53,956 nucleotides of DNA from an uncultured Devosia sp. (GTDB taxonomy: Bacteria; Pseudomonadota; Alphaproteobacteria; Rhizobiales; Devosiaceae): NCBI GenBank assembly GCA_964414845.1, contig CAYPYV010000002.1, forward strand, positions 1 through 53,956. The letters run 5' to 3'. The position numbers were made by a program, and so were the translations under genes. The notes beneath the pieces were generated by a model, which saw nothing but the letters and a program-made list of their open reading frames with translations, was not told the origin of the DNA and searched no databases. The first letter of the stretch is position 1. Every line of letters begins with the position of its first letter. Below, piece by piece: positions 45,328 to 53,956 of the stretch.

Positions 45328-46434
45328 GTGGGTATCTACGAAGACCTGGGCATCAAGCCCATCATCAACGCGTCAGCAACACTCACCAAGCTTGGTGGAT
45401 CGCGCATGCCGGAGGAAGTCCTCGAGGCAATGCATGCGGCTGCTGGCTCGTTTGTCGATGTGCCACTCCTTCAGGCGCGGATCGGCGACCGTATCGCCGA
45501 GCTCACCCAGAATGACGCTGCATTCATTTCCTCAGGTGCAGCCGGTGGAATTGTGCTCGCTGTCGCCACGCTTATGGCGGCGCCAAACCCACCCGATCCA
45601 ATGGCGTATCCAATGCTCAAGGGGATCACCAGGAACGAAGCCATCGTCTTCACTTCTCAACGCAACGGCTACGACTTCGCTATTCTGCAGACCGGCGCCT
45701 CTATCGTTGAGTGTGAAGACACCCTTGAGTCGCTTGAGTCGGCGATAACCGGGCGCACTGCGTGTCTGGTCTGGTTTGCTGGTGCGCTCGCGGCGAAATC
45801 TCCGCCGATCGAGGAAGTCATCGCGATCGCCAGGAAGCACCGGATCCCGGTTCTGGTTGACGCTGCTGCCCAGATTCCACCGGTTTCGAACCTCTGGCAC
45901 TACACAAAGGTGCTCGGCTGCGAGGGTGTGGTCTTCAGTGGCGGCAAAGGTATCCGTGGGCCGCAAGCTGCCGGTCTGGTCCTTGGGACCAGGGAACTGA
46001 TCGCGGGTTGCCGCCGACTTTCCCCGCCGACGCAGGGCATCGGTCGACCTCTCAAAGTCGGAAAGGAAGAACTCGCCGGAATGCTCGCCGCCGTCCAGTA
46101 CACACTCGATCAGAATGAGGACGCGGTTCTCGAAGGCTACGAGGCGATCGTCCAGAACTGGATCAAGGACCTCGCAGGGATCCCGGGGGTGACGACGGAA
46201 CGCGGCTTCCCAAGTGAGGCCGGTCAACCTCACGCCCGCACTTTGGTTCGTCTCGATGCCGGATTCAGGAAGACGCGGGAGCAGGTCGTTGACGAGCTCA
46301 AGAACGGCGATGTCTGGATCGAGGTCGGTGTGCTAGTCGATGAACCGAATACCATCGCCTTGAATCCACAGACGCTGACGCGCGAAGAGGCCGATGTCGT
46401 TGCCGCTCGATTGCGACAGGTTCTTACAAGCTGA
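45328..46434 (+). CDS. SelA-like/DgaE-family PLP-dependent enzyme
   Basis: PIINASATLTKLGGS, SSGAAGG, VLVDAAAQ, FSGGK (PLP Lys)-GIRGPQ, GRPLKVGKEE; GTG start at 45328 after GAGGGG. Confidence 0.88.
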   Translation: MGIYEDLGIKPIINASATLTKLGGSRMPEEVLEAMHAAAGSFVDVPLLQARIGDRIAELTQNDAAFISSGAAGGIVLAVATLMAAPNPPDPMAYPMLKGITRNEAIVFTSQRNGYDFAILQTGASIVECEDTLESLESAITGRTACLVWFAGALAAKSPPIEEVIAIARKHRIPVLVDAAAQIPPVSNLWHYTKVLGCEGVVFSGGKGIRGPQAAGLVLGTRELIAGCRRLSPPTQGIGRPLKVGKEELAGMLAAVQYTLDQNEDAVLEGYEAIVQNWIKDLAGIPGVTTERGFPSEAGQPHARTLVRLDAGFRKTREQVVDELKNGDVWIEVGVLVDEPNTIALNPQTLTREEADVVAARLRQVLTS

Positions 46435-46457
46435 TCAAGCCCTGGGGAAGATAATCG

Positions 46458-46982
46458 ATGGCATTCAACGTCCGGAAACGCGGCAAGCTCACCTATTACT
46501 ATGAGGGCGATCGACCTGTTCTCTCGGCGCTCGTCACCGAGGAACAGACGGATGGCGACCTCAAGATTCATTTCGCTGGTCTGACAGGTGGCTACTCGGC
46601 GAAGGGCGTATTGGGGCTCGACAAACTTGTGTCGATGGATCCCCATCAGGAAGTCGCACTGGTCTTCAGGTGCTGGGAGAAGTGGCTGGTCGAGGCGGGT
46701 ATCTGCTCTTCCCTGCAGGATATCGATTTCATTGAAATGCACGCGTTCGGTGCTCAGCCCAAGACCCCAAACATTCTCGCCGACCCTGCCGGATATGCCG
46801 CTGAGCAGGATCGTCTGCGGAAAGCCTATGCAGAGGCTTACTCATCCTTTTTCGCCGATAACCTTCCTGACAATGGTGTTCCCTGTCGCTTCACAGTCCA
46901 TCTGATCGATTTCCCCGACAAGGCGGCCTCGTACGAATTCTATTCAACGGCACTTCTCCAACGCGGCTTGCGGAAGGGCTAG
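46458..46982 (+). CDS. Hypothetical protein, probable divergent Rid (YjgF/YER057c) fold
   Basis: Collinear Rid-like motifs HFAGLTG, WLVEAG..SLQDI, AYSSFF, PCRFTV, FP...YEF; 23 bp after the PLP enzyme. Confidence 0.6.
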   Translation: MAFNVRKRGKLTYYYEGDRPVLSALVTEEQTDGDLKIHFAGLTGGYSAKGVLGLDKLVSMDPHQEVALVFRCWEKWLVEAGICSSLQDIDFIEMHAFGAQPKTPNILADPAGYAAEQDRLRKAYAEAYSSFFADNLPDNGVPCRFTVHLIDFPDKAASYEFYSTALLQRGLRKG

Positions 46983-47289
46983 TGTTGCCAGCGCGGCCGG
47001 TTCATGGGTCGGGCAACCAGCACGAGATCGGAAAGTGGCCGAAGGCCATCCTGAAGCGAGTGCAGATAGGTGATGCCCAACGCCATCAGAAAAATGCATC
47101 TCCCGCATGCCGTCGCCGCAGAAAATCGACCGACAGGAACTCGCCGCCACTGCTGCGGTCTTCCACGCCATGCGGCCTTGTCAGAACAGTTCCATCAAAT
47201 GGAACAATTTCTGCGAGTATTTGTATTTTTCTGGATGTAGCGGCAACGCTTAGGTGTGCGACATCCCATCCGCCACCCGGTTTGCCGCC

Positions 47290-48201
47290 ATGCCCAGCCC
47301 AGCCCAGCTTTCATTTCTTGCTGCCCTAGAGGCGGAGGCGATCCATATCATCCGTGAGGCAGTCGCCGAAGCGCGCAACCCGGTGATGCTGTTTTCGGCC
47401 GGCAAGGATTCCACCGTGATGGCGCATCTTGCGCTTCGGGCGTTCTATCCCTCAAAGCCGCCGTTTCCGCTGCTGCACATCGACTCGACCTGGGAATTCG
47501 CGGAGCTTCTTGGCTTTCGCGATGACTTCATCGCGCGCCATGGCCTCGATCTCATTGTCTATGCCAACGAGGACGGGCGCCGGCAGGGCATCAATCCGTT
47601 CGACCACAATGAGCACTATACTCGGATCATGCGCACGGACGCTCTGAAGGCCGCGCTCGATTCAGGTGGATATGACATCATCTTCGGTGGCGGCCGGCGC
47701 GACGAGGAGAAGTCGCGGGCCAAGGAGCGCGTCGTCTCCATCCGGCAGAAAGGCCATGTCTGGCTGCCGCGCGAACAGCGTCCGGAACTCTGGTCGCTTT
47801 ACAATACCCGCCTGTCTCCTGGACAGGCTGCCCGCGTCTTTCCGCTTTCGAACTGGACGGAACTGGACGTCTGGGCCTATGCCCTCTGGCGCAATATCGA
47901 GCTTGCGCCACTTTACTATGCGACCCCCCGGCCGGTGGTGGCGCGCGGTGGCTCACTGGTTGCGGTGGACAGTCCCGAACTCATGCGGTTCCTGCCCGGC
48001 GAAACCCCCGTAACGCGCAAGGTGCGCTTCCGTACCCTCGGCTGCTGGCCGATCACCGGGGCCATCGAATCCGAGGCGGCGGATCTCGGCAGTATCGTGC
48101 TCGAGACTTACGGGTCCTCCACCTCCGAGCGGCAGGGTCGCCTCAACGATGGCGAGGAAGGTGGTTCGCTCGAAGCCAAGAAGGCCGAGGGCTATTTCTA
48201 G
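47290..48201 (+). CDS. cysD: Sulfate adenylyltransferase subunit 2 (CysD/NodP-like)
   Basis: LEAEAIHIIRE, FSAGKDS PP-loop, GGGRRDEEKSRAKER, QRPELW, VRFRTLGC, KKAEGYF; start MPSPAQ at 47290. Confidence 0.93.
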   Translation: MPSPAQLSFLAALEAEAIHIIREAVAEARNPVMLFSAGKDSTVMAHLALRAFYPSKPPFPLLHIDSTWEFAELLGFRDDFIARHGLDLIVYANEDGRRQGINPFDHNEHYTRIMRTDALKAALDSGGYDIIFGGGRRDEEKSRAKERVVSIRQKGHVWLPREQRPELWSLYNTRLSPGQAARVFPLSNWTELDVWAYALWRNIELAPLYYATPRPVVARGGSLVAVDSPELMRFLPGETPVTRKVRFRTLGCWPITGAIESEAADLGSIVLETYGSSTSERQGRLNDGEEGGSLEAKKAEGYF

Positions 48202-48309
48202 CCCATCACCTTTCGCCGAATTTATCCAGCTGACGCCACAGAATGTGACGGCGTAAACCATTCCTTTAGCGTCATAAATTCACTCTCCGCGCGAAATCGG
48301 AGGGACGTA

Positions 48310-49986
48310 ATGATTTCGCTATTCAACAACCCGAAACACGACCCCGCGCAGCCTGTCCTCGAAGCCATTGCCCGTGCCCAGGCCATGGTCGAGTTCACGC
48401 CCGATGGCACTGTCATCCGCGCCAATGAGTTGTTCTGCACCCTGATGGGCTACTCACTCGCCGACATCGTCGGCAAGCCGCACAAGCTCTTCGTCGATCC
48501 GCGCGAGGCGGACCTGCCGGCCTATCGGCAGTTCTGGGCCGATCTCCGCGCCGGGCAGTTCAAGACCCAGGAGTTCCGACGGATTACGAAGTCAGGGACC
48601 TCGGTCTTCATCCAGGCGTCCTACACGCCCGTGTTCGAGAAAGGTCGGGTCGTCAAGATTGTGAAGATCGCGTCCGACATCACGGCGCAGAAGAACGACG
48701 CCGCCGATTGGAAGGGGCAACTGGAGGCCATCTCCAGGGCGCAGGCGGTCATCGAGTTTACGCTCGATGGCGTCATCCTCGGTGCCAATGATAACTTCCT
48801 GTCAGCGGTCGGCTATTCCCTTGATGAGATCAAGGGGCACCACCATCGCATGTTCGTTGATCCCCAATATGCCAGTTCCGCGGAATATCAGCAGTTCTGG
48901 GCACGCCTGAAGTCGGGTGAACACTTCACTGCCGAGTTTGGCCGGTTCGCCAAGGGGGGACGCCCGATCTGGATCCAGGCCGTGTACAATCCTATCCGCG
49001 ACGCCGACGGACGGCCCTACAAGGTCGTGAAATACGCGATGGACATCACCGCCAGGAAGCAGGCTGTGCTGCGGATCAGCGAGGCGCTTCACAATCTGGC
49101 CGAAGGGCGCCTCGACAGCCACATACCTGAGAAGCTGCCCGGAGAGCTCGAGGACGTGCGGCAGTCCTTCAACCTGTCGATCGATCGGCTGGGTCACATC
49201 GTCTCGAGCCTTCGCGACGCGGCCTCAAGTCTGCGCACGGCCACTACCGAGATCATGTCCGGTACCGGCGACCTCGCGGACCGGACCAGCCGGCAGGCGG
49301 CCTCAATCACCGAAACCTCCGCCGCCATGGACGGGCTGGCCGCCACCGTTTCCGAGAATGCACGACGAGCCGAGGCCGCGCGGAACGCGTCGCTCGAAGT
49401 GTCCGGGCACGCCCGCGATGCCGGCAACGCCATCGGCAGCGCCAATTCGGCCATGGAGCGCATTGCCACCTCTTCTGGCAAGATCTCGAACATAATCGGG
49501 CTGATCGACGACATTGCCTTCCAGACAAATCTCCTTGCCCTCAATGCTTCGGTCGAGGCAGCGCGGGCGGGGGAGGCCGGCAAGGGCTTTGCCGTTGTGG
49601 CGATCGAGGTGCGTCGCCTCGCCCAAAGTGCCGCGGAGGCCTCTGCCGAGGTCAAGGCCTTGATCGAGCAATCGGCCAATGAAGTGGTGGGGGGCACCCG
49701 CCTCGTGGCCGATGCCACCGATAAGGTCAACCGCGTCGTCTCAGGCATCTACCGCAGCACGGAACTGGTCGAGCAGATCTCGGCCGCCACCCAGGCACAG
49801 GCGAGCGCCATCGCCGAGGTGTCGGGAGCGGTTCGCCAGATGGATGAGATGACCCAGCACAATGCCGCACTGGTCGAACAGACCAACGCCGCTGTCGAGC
49901 AGACCGAAGGTCAGGCGAGCGAACTCGACCGGATTGTCGAACAGTTCGAACTCAGCGATCAGCAAGGCCGCCGACGCTCAGCCTGA
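48310..49986 (+). CDS. Cytoplasmic methyl-accepting chemotaxis protein, PAS-PAS-HAMP-MA
   Basis: Two PAS/PAC repeats ([10 protein letters not shown].../[10 protein letters not shown]...), [30 protein letters not shown]; no TM. Confidence 0.95.
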   Translation: MISLFNNPKHDPAQPVLEAIARAQAMVEFTPDGTVIRANELFCTLMGYSLADIVGKPHKLFVDPREADLPAYRQFWADLRAGQFKTQEFRRITKSGTSVFIQASYTPVFEKGRVVKIVKIASDITAQKNDAADWKGQLEAISRAQAVIEFTLDGVILGANDNFLSAVGYSLDEIKGHHHRMFVDPQYASSAEYQQFWARLKSGEHFTAEFGRFAKGGRPIWIQAVYNPIRDADGRPYKVVKYAMDITARKQAVLRISEALHNLAEGRLDSHIPEKLPGELEDVRQSFNLSIDRLGHIVSSLRDAASSLRTATTEIMSGTGDLADRTSRQAASITETSAAMDGLAATVSENARRAEAARNASLEVSGHARDAGNAIGSANSAMERIATSSGKISNIIGLIDDIAFQTNLLALNASVEAARAGEAGKGFAVVAIEVRRLAQSAAEASAEVKALIEQSANEVVGGTRLVADATDKVNRVVSGIYRSTELVEQISAATQAQASAIAEVSGAVRQMDEMTQHNAALVEQTNAAVEQTEGQASELDRIVEQFELSDQQGRRRSA

Positions 49987-49995
49987 TCGCGGAGC

Positions 49996-50021
49996 CGGGC
50001 ACTGGCTGGCGTCAGTGCCCG
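49996..50021 (+). terminator. Rho-independent terminator after the chemoreceptor
   Basis: CGGGCACTGGC-TGGC-GTCAGTGCCCG then TCTT. Confidence 0.6.
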
Positions 50022-50235
50022 TCTTCACCTGAGATGCACTGAATGTCCGTTCCTAGCGCCGTCATCGAACCCCGAGGGAAGGCATTTGCCGTAATCAGGA
50101 GATTTCGCCGAAGGCGACCCCATGCCCCTCGCTGACCGGTGACCGGTGACCAGTTGAGATCGGGGTCATGCGCGTATGAATGGATTGTGACAATGGACCG
50201 TGCTTCAACAGCTCAAACTGGAGCTCAGCGTGACC

Positions 50236-50478
50236 ATGTCAAAGACCAAGAACACTGCCAGCGACCCGATCAAGGGGACACTCCTCGGCCTTGCAAACCC
50301 GGGGATCAGCCCACGCGACCTGATGAGCGCGGTTCGGAAAGCGCATCCTGAAGCGAAGAAGAAGGAAGTTATCCGCGCGGCATTTGCGGCGATGATCGAA
50401 CTTTCGGATCGGCAGCCCTTTACCGCCAAGCAGCTGCAGGATTTTGCCATTTCCAACCGCGGGTCGGAAGCCGACTGA
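50236..50478 (+). CDS. Small hypothetical helical protein
   Basis: 80 aa from MSKTKN, host-like codons, followed by a hairpin. Confidence 0.6.
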   Translation: MSKTKNTASDPIKGTLLGLANPGISPRDLMSAVRKAHPEAKKKEVIRAAFAAMIELSDRQPFTAKQLQDFAISNRGSEAD

Positions 50479-50709
50479 CCAGCCCCGGAACGCGTCGGCG
50501 GCAAGCTGACGCTGCATGGGTGTCCAAAGTCACCGCGCAGGCCCCGATCGTCGCAATACGATCGGCCGGCTCAGTCAGGGCAGGTGTCGCGGTCAGTTCT
50601 CTTTGCGGGCAGGACGAGACCGCATGCGCCCAGAACTGCTGCCGTCCATGGCGGGCGGCAGGACCTTCGACAAGCCCTGTCGTTGGGCGCGGCCTGCAAA
50701 TGGTCTGTG

Positions 50710-51318
50710 TCAGCGTCCCGCCTTCCAGATCGCCGTGACGATCTGCGGCAACCGGCTCTCCAGCAGGTCGTGGCTGCTGCCTGGGCCGAGCAGAGGCTCC
50801 AGCTTTCCCTCGAGCATCAGGTGCGCCAACCCGTGGATTGCCGACCATGTGGCAACCACGGACTCGGTCGGCTTTAGGTTCTGCAGAGCTCCGTAGGAAT
50901 TTGCGGCCTGGCCGAAGGCACCGAGTGCGGCCATGCTGATCTCCCGGTAGCGGGGGTCCTGACGATTGACGAGATCGTTTCGGAACATCAGCCGGAACGT
51001 TCCCGGATGGTCGAGGGCAAACCGGACATAGGCAAGGCTGATGCCTGTCAGGTCGGCACGCGGATCGTCCGTTGGCACAACCTCGCCCAGATAGGCGCCG
51101 AGGAGCTCGTAGCCCTTGAGGGCAACCTCGGTGAGCAACCCCTTTGCCGAACCGAAGTGATGCGCCGGTGCACTTGCGGCAACCCCTGCCCGCCTCGCTG
51201 CCTCGCGCAGCGAGAAACCCTCTACCCCCGTCTCCGCTATGATCTCGGTGGCTGCGGTCACCAGCGCCGCCTTGAGGTCGCCGTGATGGTAGTTGGGTCG
51301 CTGCGTCGCCATCTGCAT
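50710..51318 (-). CDS. TetR/AcrR-family regulator (WHG-type C-domain)
   Basis: YHHGDLK, FSLREAARRAGV, HHF, WSAIHGLA. Confidence 0.93.
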   Translation of the reverse strand: MQMATQRPNYHHGDLKAALVTAATEIIAETGVEGFSLREAARRAGVAASAPAHHFGSAKGLLTEVALKGYELLGAYLGEVVPTDDPRADLTGISLAYVRFALDHPGTFRLMFRNDLVNRQDPRYREISMAALGAFGQAANSYGALQNLKPTESVVATWSAIHGLAHLMLEGKLEPLLGPGSSHDLLESRLPQIVTAIWKAGR

Positions 51319-51323
51319 TTTCT

Positions 51324-51374
51324 ATCTGGACAATGTTCAGATTACTCGCTATCACATCTGAACAGTGATCAGTT
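51324..51374. promoter_or_regulatory. Two copies of a TetR-type operator
   Basis: ATCTGGACA-A-TGTTCAGAT (51324-51342) and ATCTGAACA-G-TGATCAGTT (51356-51374). Confidence 0.75.
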
Positions 51375-51394
51375 GATAGCACACAATCCGGAGC

Positions 51395-51811
51395 ATGGCG
51401 ATGCAAAACCCGCAAACGTCCACCCCAAAGCGCGCTCGCGGCACCACCCTTGCCCTTGTAGGGCTCGTCGCACTGGTCATGATCGGCGGCGGCCTTGCCC
51501 ACCTCGCGTCACCAGCATCGTTTGCCCCGCTCGTGCCGCCCTTACTGCCCGAAGTTCCGGTTCTGGTCGTGGCCGGCATCGTGCAGATCGCCATTGGTGC
51601 TTCTGCCATCTGGCCGCGGACTCGGGCCTGGGGTGGCCTGGCATTCGCAGTCCTCTGCGCCGCCTATCTGCCGCTGCACCTGTGGGATTTCTTTCGGCCC
51701 GATCCGGTCTTCGCGCCGCCGGTCGCCGCCGGCCTTCGCGTCCTGATGCAGTTGCTCTTCATTGCCGCCGGCCTGGCGCTTTGGCGTCGTGCCAAGCCTG
51801 CCGCCGCGTGA
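51395..51811 (+). CDS. DoxX-like membrane protein
   Basis: Four TMs, GLAH..F..LVPP.LP, P.H, R..Q pattern. Confidence 0.8.
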   Translation: MAMQNPQTSTPKRARGTTLALVGLVALVMIGGGLAHLASPASFAPLVPPLLPEVPVLVVAGIVQIAIGASAIWPRTRAWGGLAFAVLCAAYLPLHLWDFFRPDPVFAPPVAAGLRVLMQLLFIAAGLALWRRAKPAAA

Positions 51812-51845
51812 CGCCCGGCCTCATTCTTATCCAAGGAAACGTCAA

Positions 51846-52667
51846 ATGTCGAAAGTCTGGTTCATAACCGGAGCCAATCGCGGCTTCGGACGGGAATTTG
51901 CGCGCGCAGCGCTCCTCAGGGGCGACAAGGTGGCGGCCACGGCCCGCAACCCGGCGGGGCTTGACGATCTCGTTGCCGAGTTTGGTGGCAACGTCCTGCC
52001 GCTTACGCTCGATGTGACCGACCGGCAGGGCGTGTTTGCCGCCATCTCCACTGCCGCCGGGAAATTCGGGCGGCTCGATATCGTCGTCAATAATGCGGGC
52101 TATGGCCTGTTCGGCGCCGTCGAAGAAGTCGCTCTCGAGGAAGTACGGCAACAGATGGAGGTGAATTTCTTCGGCCTCCTCAATGTCACCCAGACCGTCC
52201 TGCCGTTGCTGCGGCAACAAGGCGCCGGGCACATCGTGCAGGTTTCCTCCGTGGGCGGGGTTGCCGCCTTCCCCGCCCTTGGCGCCTACCATGCCAGCAA
52301 ATGGGCAGTTGAAGGCCTCAGCGAATCCCTTGCTCAGGAGGTCGCGGGCTTCGGCATAAAGGTGACAATCGTCGAGCCCGGCCCGTTCGGCACCGACTGG
52401 GCCGGCAGTTCCGCCGTGCACGCCGCCCCCCAGCCGCAATACGAACCGCTGCGGCAGGCAATGGCGAGCCGCCAGCTTCCACCCGAACTCATCGGCAGCC
52501 CAGCGGCCGCGGGCATCGCGCTATTGCAGGTGGTTGATGCAGCCGAGCCGCCGTTGCGCGTCCTTTTCGGAACGATGCCCACACATATCGTGCCACAGCT
52601 TTACGCAGGTCGGCTGAAAACATGGAGCGATTGGGATCACGTTGCCAAGGCAGCAAACGGCGGCTGA
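51846..52667 (+). CDS. Short-chain dehydrogenase/reductase
   Basis: TGANRGFG, NNAG, YHASK, VEPG; start MSKVWF at 51846 with AAGGA RBS. Confidence 0.94.
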   Translation: MSKVWFITGANRGFGREFARAALLRGDKVAATARNPAGLDDLVAEFGGNVLPLTLDVTDRQGVFAAISTAAGKFGRLDIVVNNAGYGLFGAVEEVALEEVRQQMEVNFFGLLNVTQTVLPLLRQQGAGHIVQVSSVGGVAAFPALGAYHASKWAVEGLSESLAQEVAGFGIKVTIVEPGPFGTDWAGSSAVHAAPQPQYEPLRQAMASRQLPPELIGSPAAAGIALLQVVDAAEPPLRVLFGTMPTHIVPQLYAGRLKTWSDWDHVAKAANGG

Positions 52668-52825
52668 GCCCATAGACCCCTCGCGACACAGAGTGCTGCC
52701 CTCATTGCCTCAGTGGATCACCATGCCATCTGCTGATGTAACCAGCTCAAACCAATTGCAAATCCGCAGGATACTTCTCGCCCTGCCCGACTAGTGCCAT
52801 CTCCTTGCCGACAAAGGAGGTTGCA

Positions 52826-53305
52826 ATGCCAGTTACCATCATGGCTCTGGTCTGCGTTGTGGTACTCGGCCTTGTCGGCGTCGCACTTGCCTTGCCCGAG
52901 GTGCGCCGCGGACAGGCCGAGACTCTCATCTCGGCAGGACCCGATCGCGTCATGGCGACCATCAAGGACGTGGCCGCCCAGCCACAATGGCGTAAGTCAG
53001 TTGCGACAATTGCGCTAACTGCCGACGGCTGGACCGAAACCACCACCAGCGGCGAAACCATCGCCTTTCGCTGGAGACGGGAAGCACCCGATTATCTTGA
53101 ACTCGCCTTCACATCCGCATCAGGCTACTCCGGCACATGGCAGGCACAGCTTCGGCCCGAAGGAGGCGCCACCCGTGTCGCTGTCGTCGAGGAGGCACGC
53201 CTGCCCAATCCGTTCACGCGCGTGCTCGCATATTTGTTTTTTGACCCCCAGGCCTTCGCACGCACATATCTCGGCGATCTCCGGGCGCGGGTGGAGGCCA
53301 GCTGA
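52826..53305 (+). CDS. SRPBCC-family protein with N-terminal membrane anchor
   Basis: AAGGAGG RBS, hydrophobic N-terminus, QPQWR, GTW...GATRV...E, C-terminal helix. Confidence 0.8.
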   Translation: MPVTIMALVCVVVLGLVGVALALPEVRRGQAETLISAGPDRVMATIKDVAAQPQWRKSVATIALTADGWTETTTSGETIAFRWRREAPDYLELAFTSASGYSGTWQAQLRPEGGATRVAVVEEARLPNPFTRVLAYLFFDPQAFARTYLGDLRARVEAS

Positions 53306-53769
53306 TGGGACAGATAACGGAACCGGCGACATCGCGGCCAAAGAAGCCGACCGACTGGAAGAAGCGCTTCGGCGCGGCCAAGCCGCCGCATGTGGTTGTG
53401 CTGCACGCCGACTTCGCCGGTGTGCGGGCCGGCAGCACGATGCTGATCTCTTCGCCTGCGGAAATCGCCGGTTACATCGCGACCATACCGCGCGGAGAGC
53501 GTCGCACCATCGCCCGGATGCGAAGTGACCTCGCACGTCGAGCGGCTGCGGATGCCATGTGTCCTGTCACCACGGCAATCTATCTGCGAGTCGTCGCAGA
53601 GCTTGCCTTGTCGGATATGGCCAATGGCAAGGATCTGTCGGAAGTGCCGCCTTTCTGGCGGATGATCGGTCCTGAGGACAAAGTGACCAACAAGCTCTCT
53701 TGCGGCCCCGATGCCATCCTGCACCTTCAGGAACTCGATGCAGCCGAGCCGGCACCGCGCAAGCCCTGA
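53305..53769 (+). CDS. Hypothetical protein resembling the MGMT/alkyltransferase-like DNA-binding domain
   Basis: IPRGERRT, CPVTT, PFWRMI at the position of PCHRV/PWHRV; TGATG coupling to the upstream gene. Confidence 0.6.
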   Translation: MGQITEPATSRPKKPTDWKKRFGAAKPPHVVVLHADFAGVRAGSTMLISSPAEIAGYIATIPRGERRTIARMRSDLARRAAADAMCPVTTAIYLRVVAELALSDMANGKDLSEVPPFWRMIGPEDKVTNKLSCGPDAILHLQELDAAEPAPRKP

Positions 53770-53956
53770 CGGGGCGAGAAAAATGCGAAGACTGCCGACT
53801 TGAAGCCGTCTCCTGGCGCCGCCGGGCAAGCGGCGGCTCCGATTGCTGGCCCATGAATGCTTTCAACCGGAACTCGGCGGCCACGGAACGGTGCTGGGCT
53901 CGGGCATGCCGGGGCGCGTCAGGCGGGGAGACCTCACCCCCCGATCGCCAGTCGCC

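Noticed and set aside
45328-46434. True selenocysteine synthase selA
   Set aside because: Lacks the N-terminal extension of SelA, has FSGGK rather than FSGDK, and no selB/selC/selD nearby
48253-48270. CtrA-like site upstream of the chemoreceptor
   Set aside because: Both half-sites degenerate (TAAA-N7-TTTA); plausible but not supportable by eye
50133-50153. TGACCGG x3 tandem repeat
   Set aside because: Only 21 bp, no spacers or associated genes; not CRISPR or a convincing iteron
52749-52761. Ada-box-like AAA-N6-GCAA upstream of the SRPBCC/ATL-like pair
   Set aside because: Short, imperfect match to AAT-N6-GCAA, likely by chance; no ada gene in the window
326-53884. Many long antisense/alternate-frame ORFs (e.g. 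9870-11327, 20465-22000, 25790-27211, 31676-33265, 39167-40483)
   Set aside because: Shadow ORFs expected in high-GC coding DNA; they overlap motif-supported genes and have no motifs of their own
53770-53956. Possible 3' end of a minus-strand gene at the window edge
   Set aside because: No frame gave a recognisable protein; too little sequence

Overview
GC-rich alphaproteobacterial chromosome segment, probably Hyphomicrobiales/Devosia-like (inferred from gene content and CtrA/EcfG-type motifs). Four blocks: (1) 1-16.5 kb, an essentially complete purine catabolism cluster (guaD, puuD, BMP-type ABC importer, xdhABC, uraH, puuE-uraD fusion, CDA-fold deaminase, allA, alc) with a RutR-like box; (2) 16.6-24.2 kb, two ArsR-SRPBCC modules, VOC protein, DHA2 MFS pump, sorbosone-dehydrogenase-like protein, old yellow enzyme; (3) 24.2-42.4 kb, a Wzx/Wzy exopolysaccharide locus whose gene set parallels the Vibrio cholerae vps-I cluster (wecB, wecC, WecG, two GT4, Wzx, VpsF-like polymerase, CapK-like ligase) plus a heparinase II/III-fold protein, a FemAB-like GNAT and a GH5, with four perfect CtrA-type boxes in its promoters; (4) tRNA-Met followed by a mosaic accessory region: EcfG-type stress protein, HisKA_2 kinase, IS3 remnant, SelA/DgaE-like PLP enzyme with a divergent Rid-like partner, orphan cysD, PAS chemoreceptor, TetR-DoxX-SDR module and an alkyltransferase-like gene. 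Best candidates for undescribed biology: the CtrA-boxed VPS-like polysaccharide locus with its tailoring enzymes, and the PLP enzyme/Rid-like pair. All calls come from motif reading; no database search was run.
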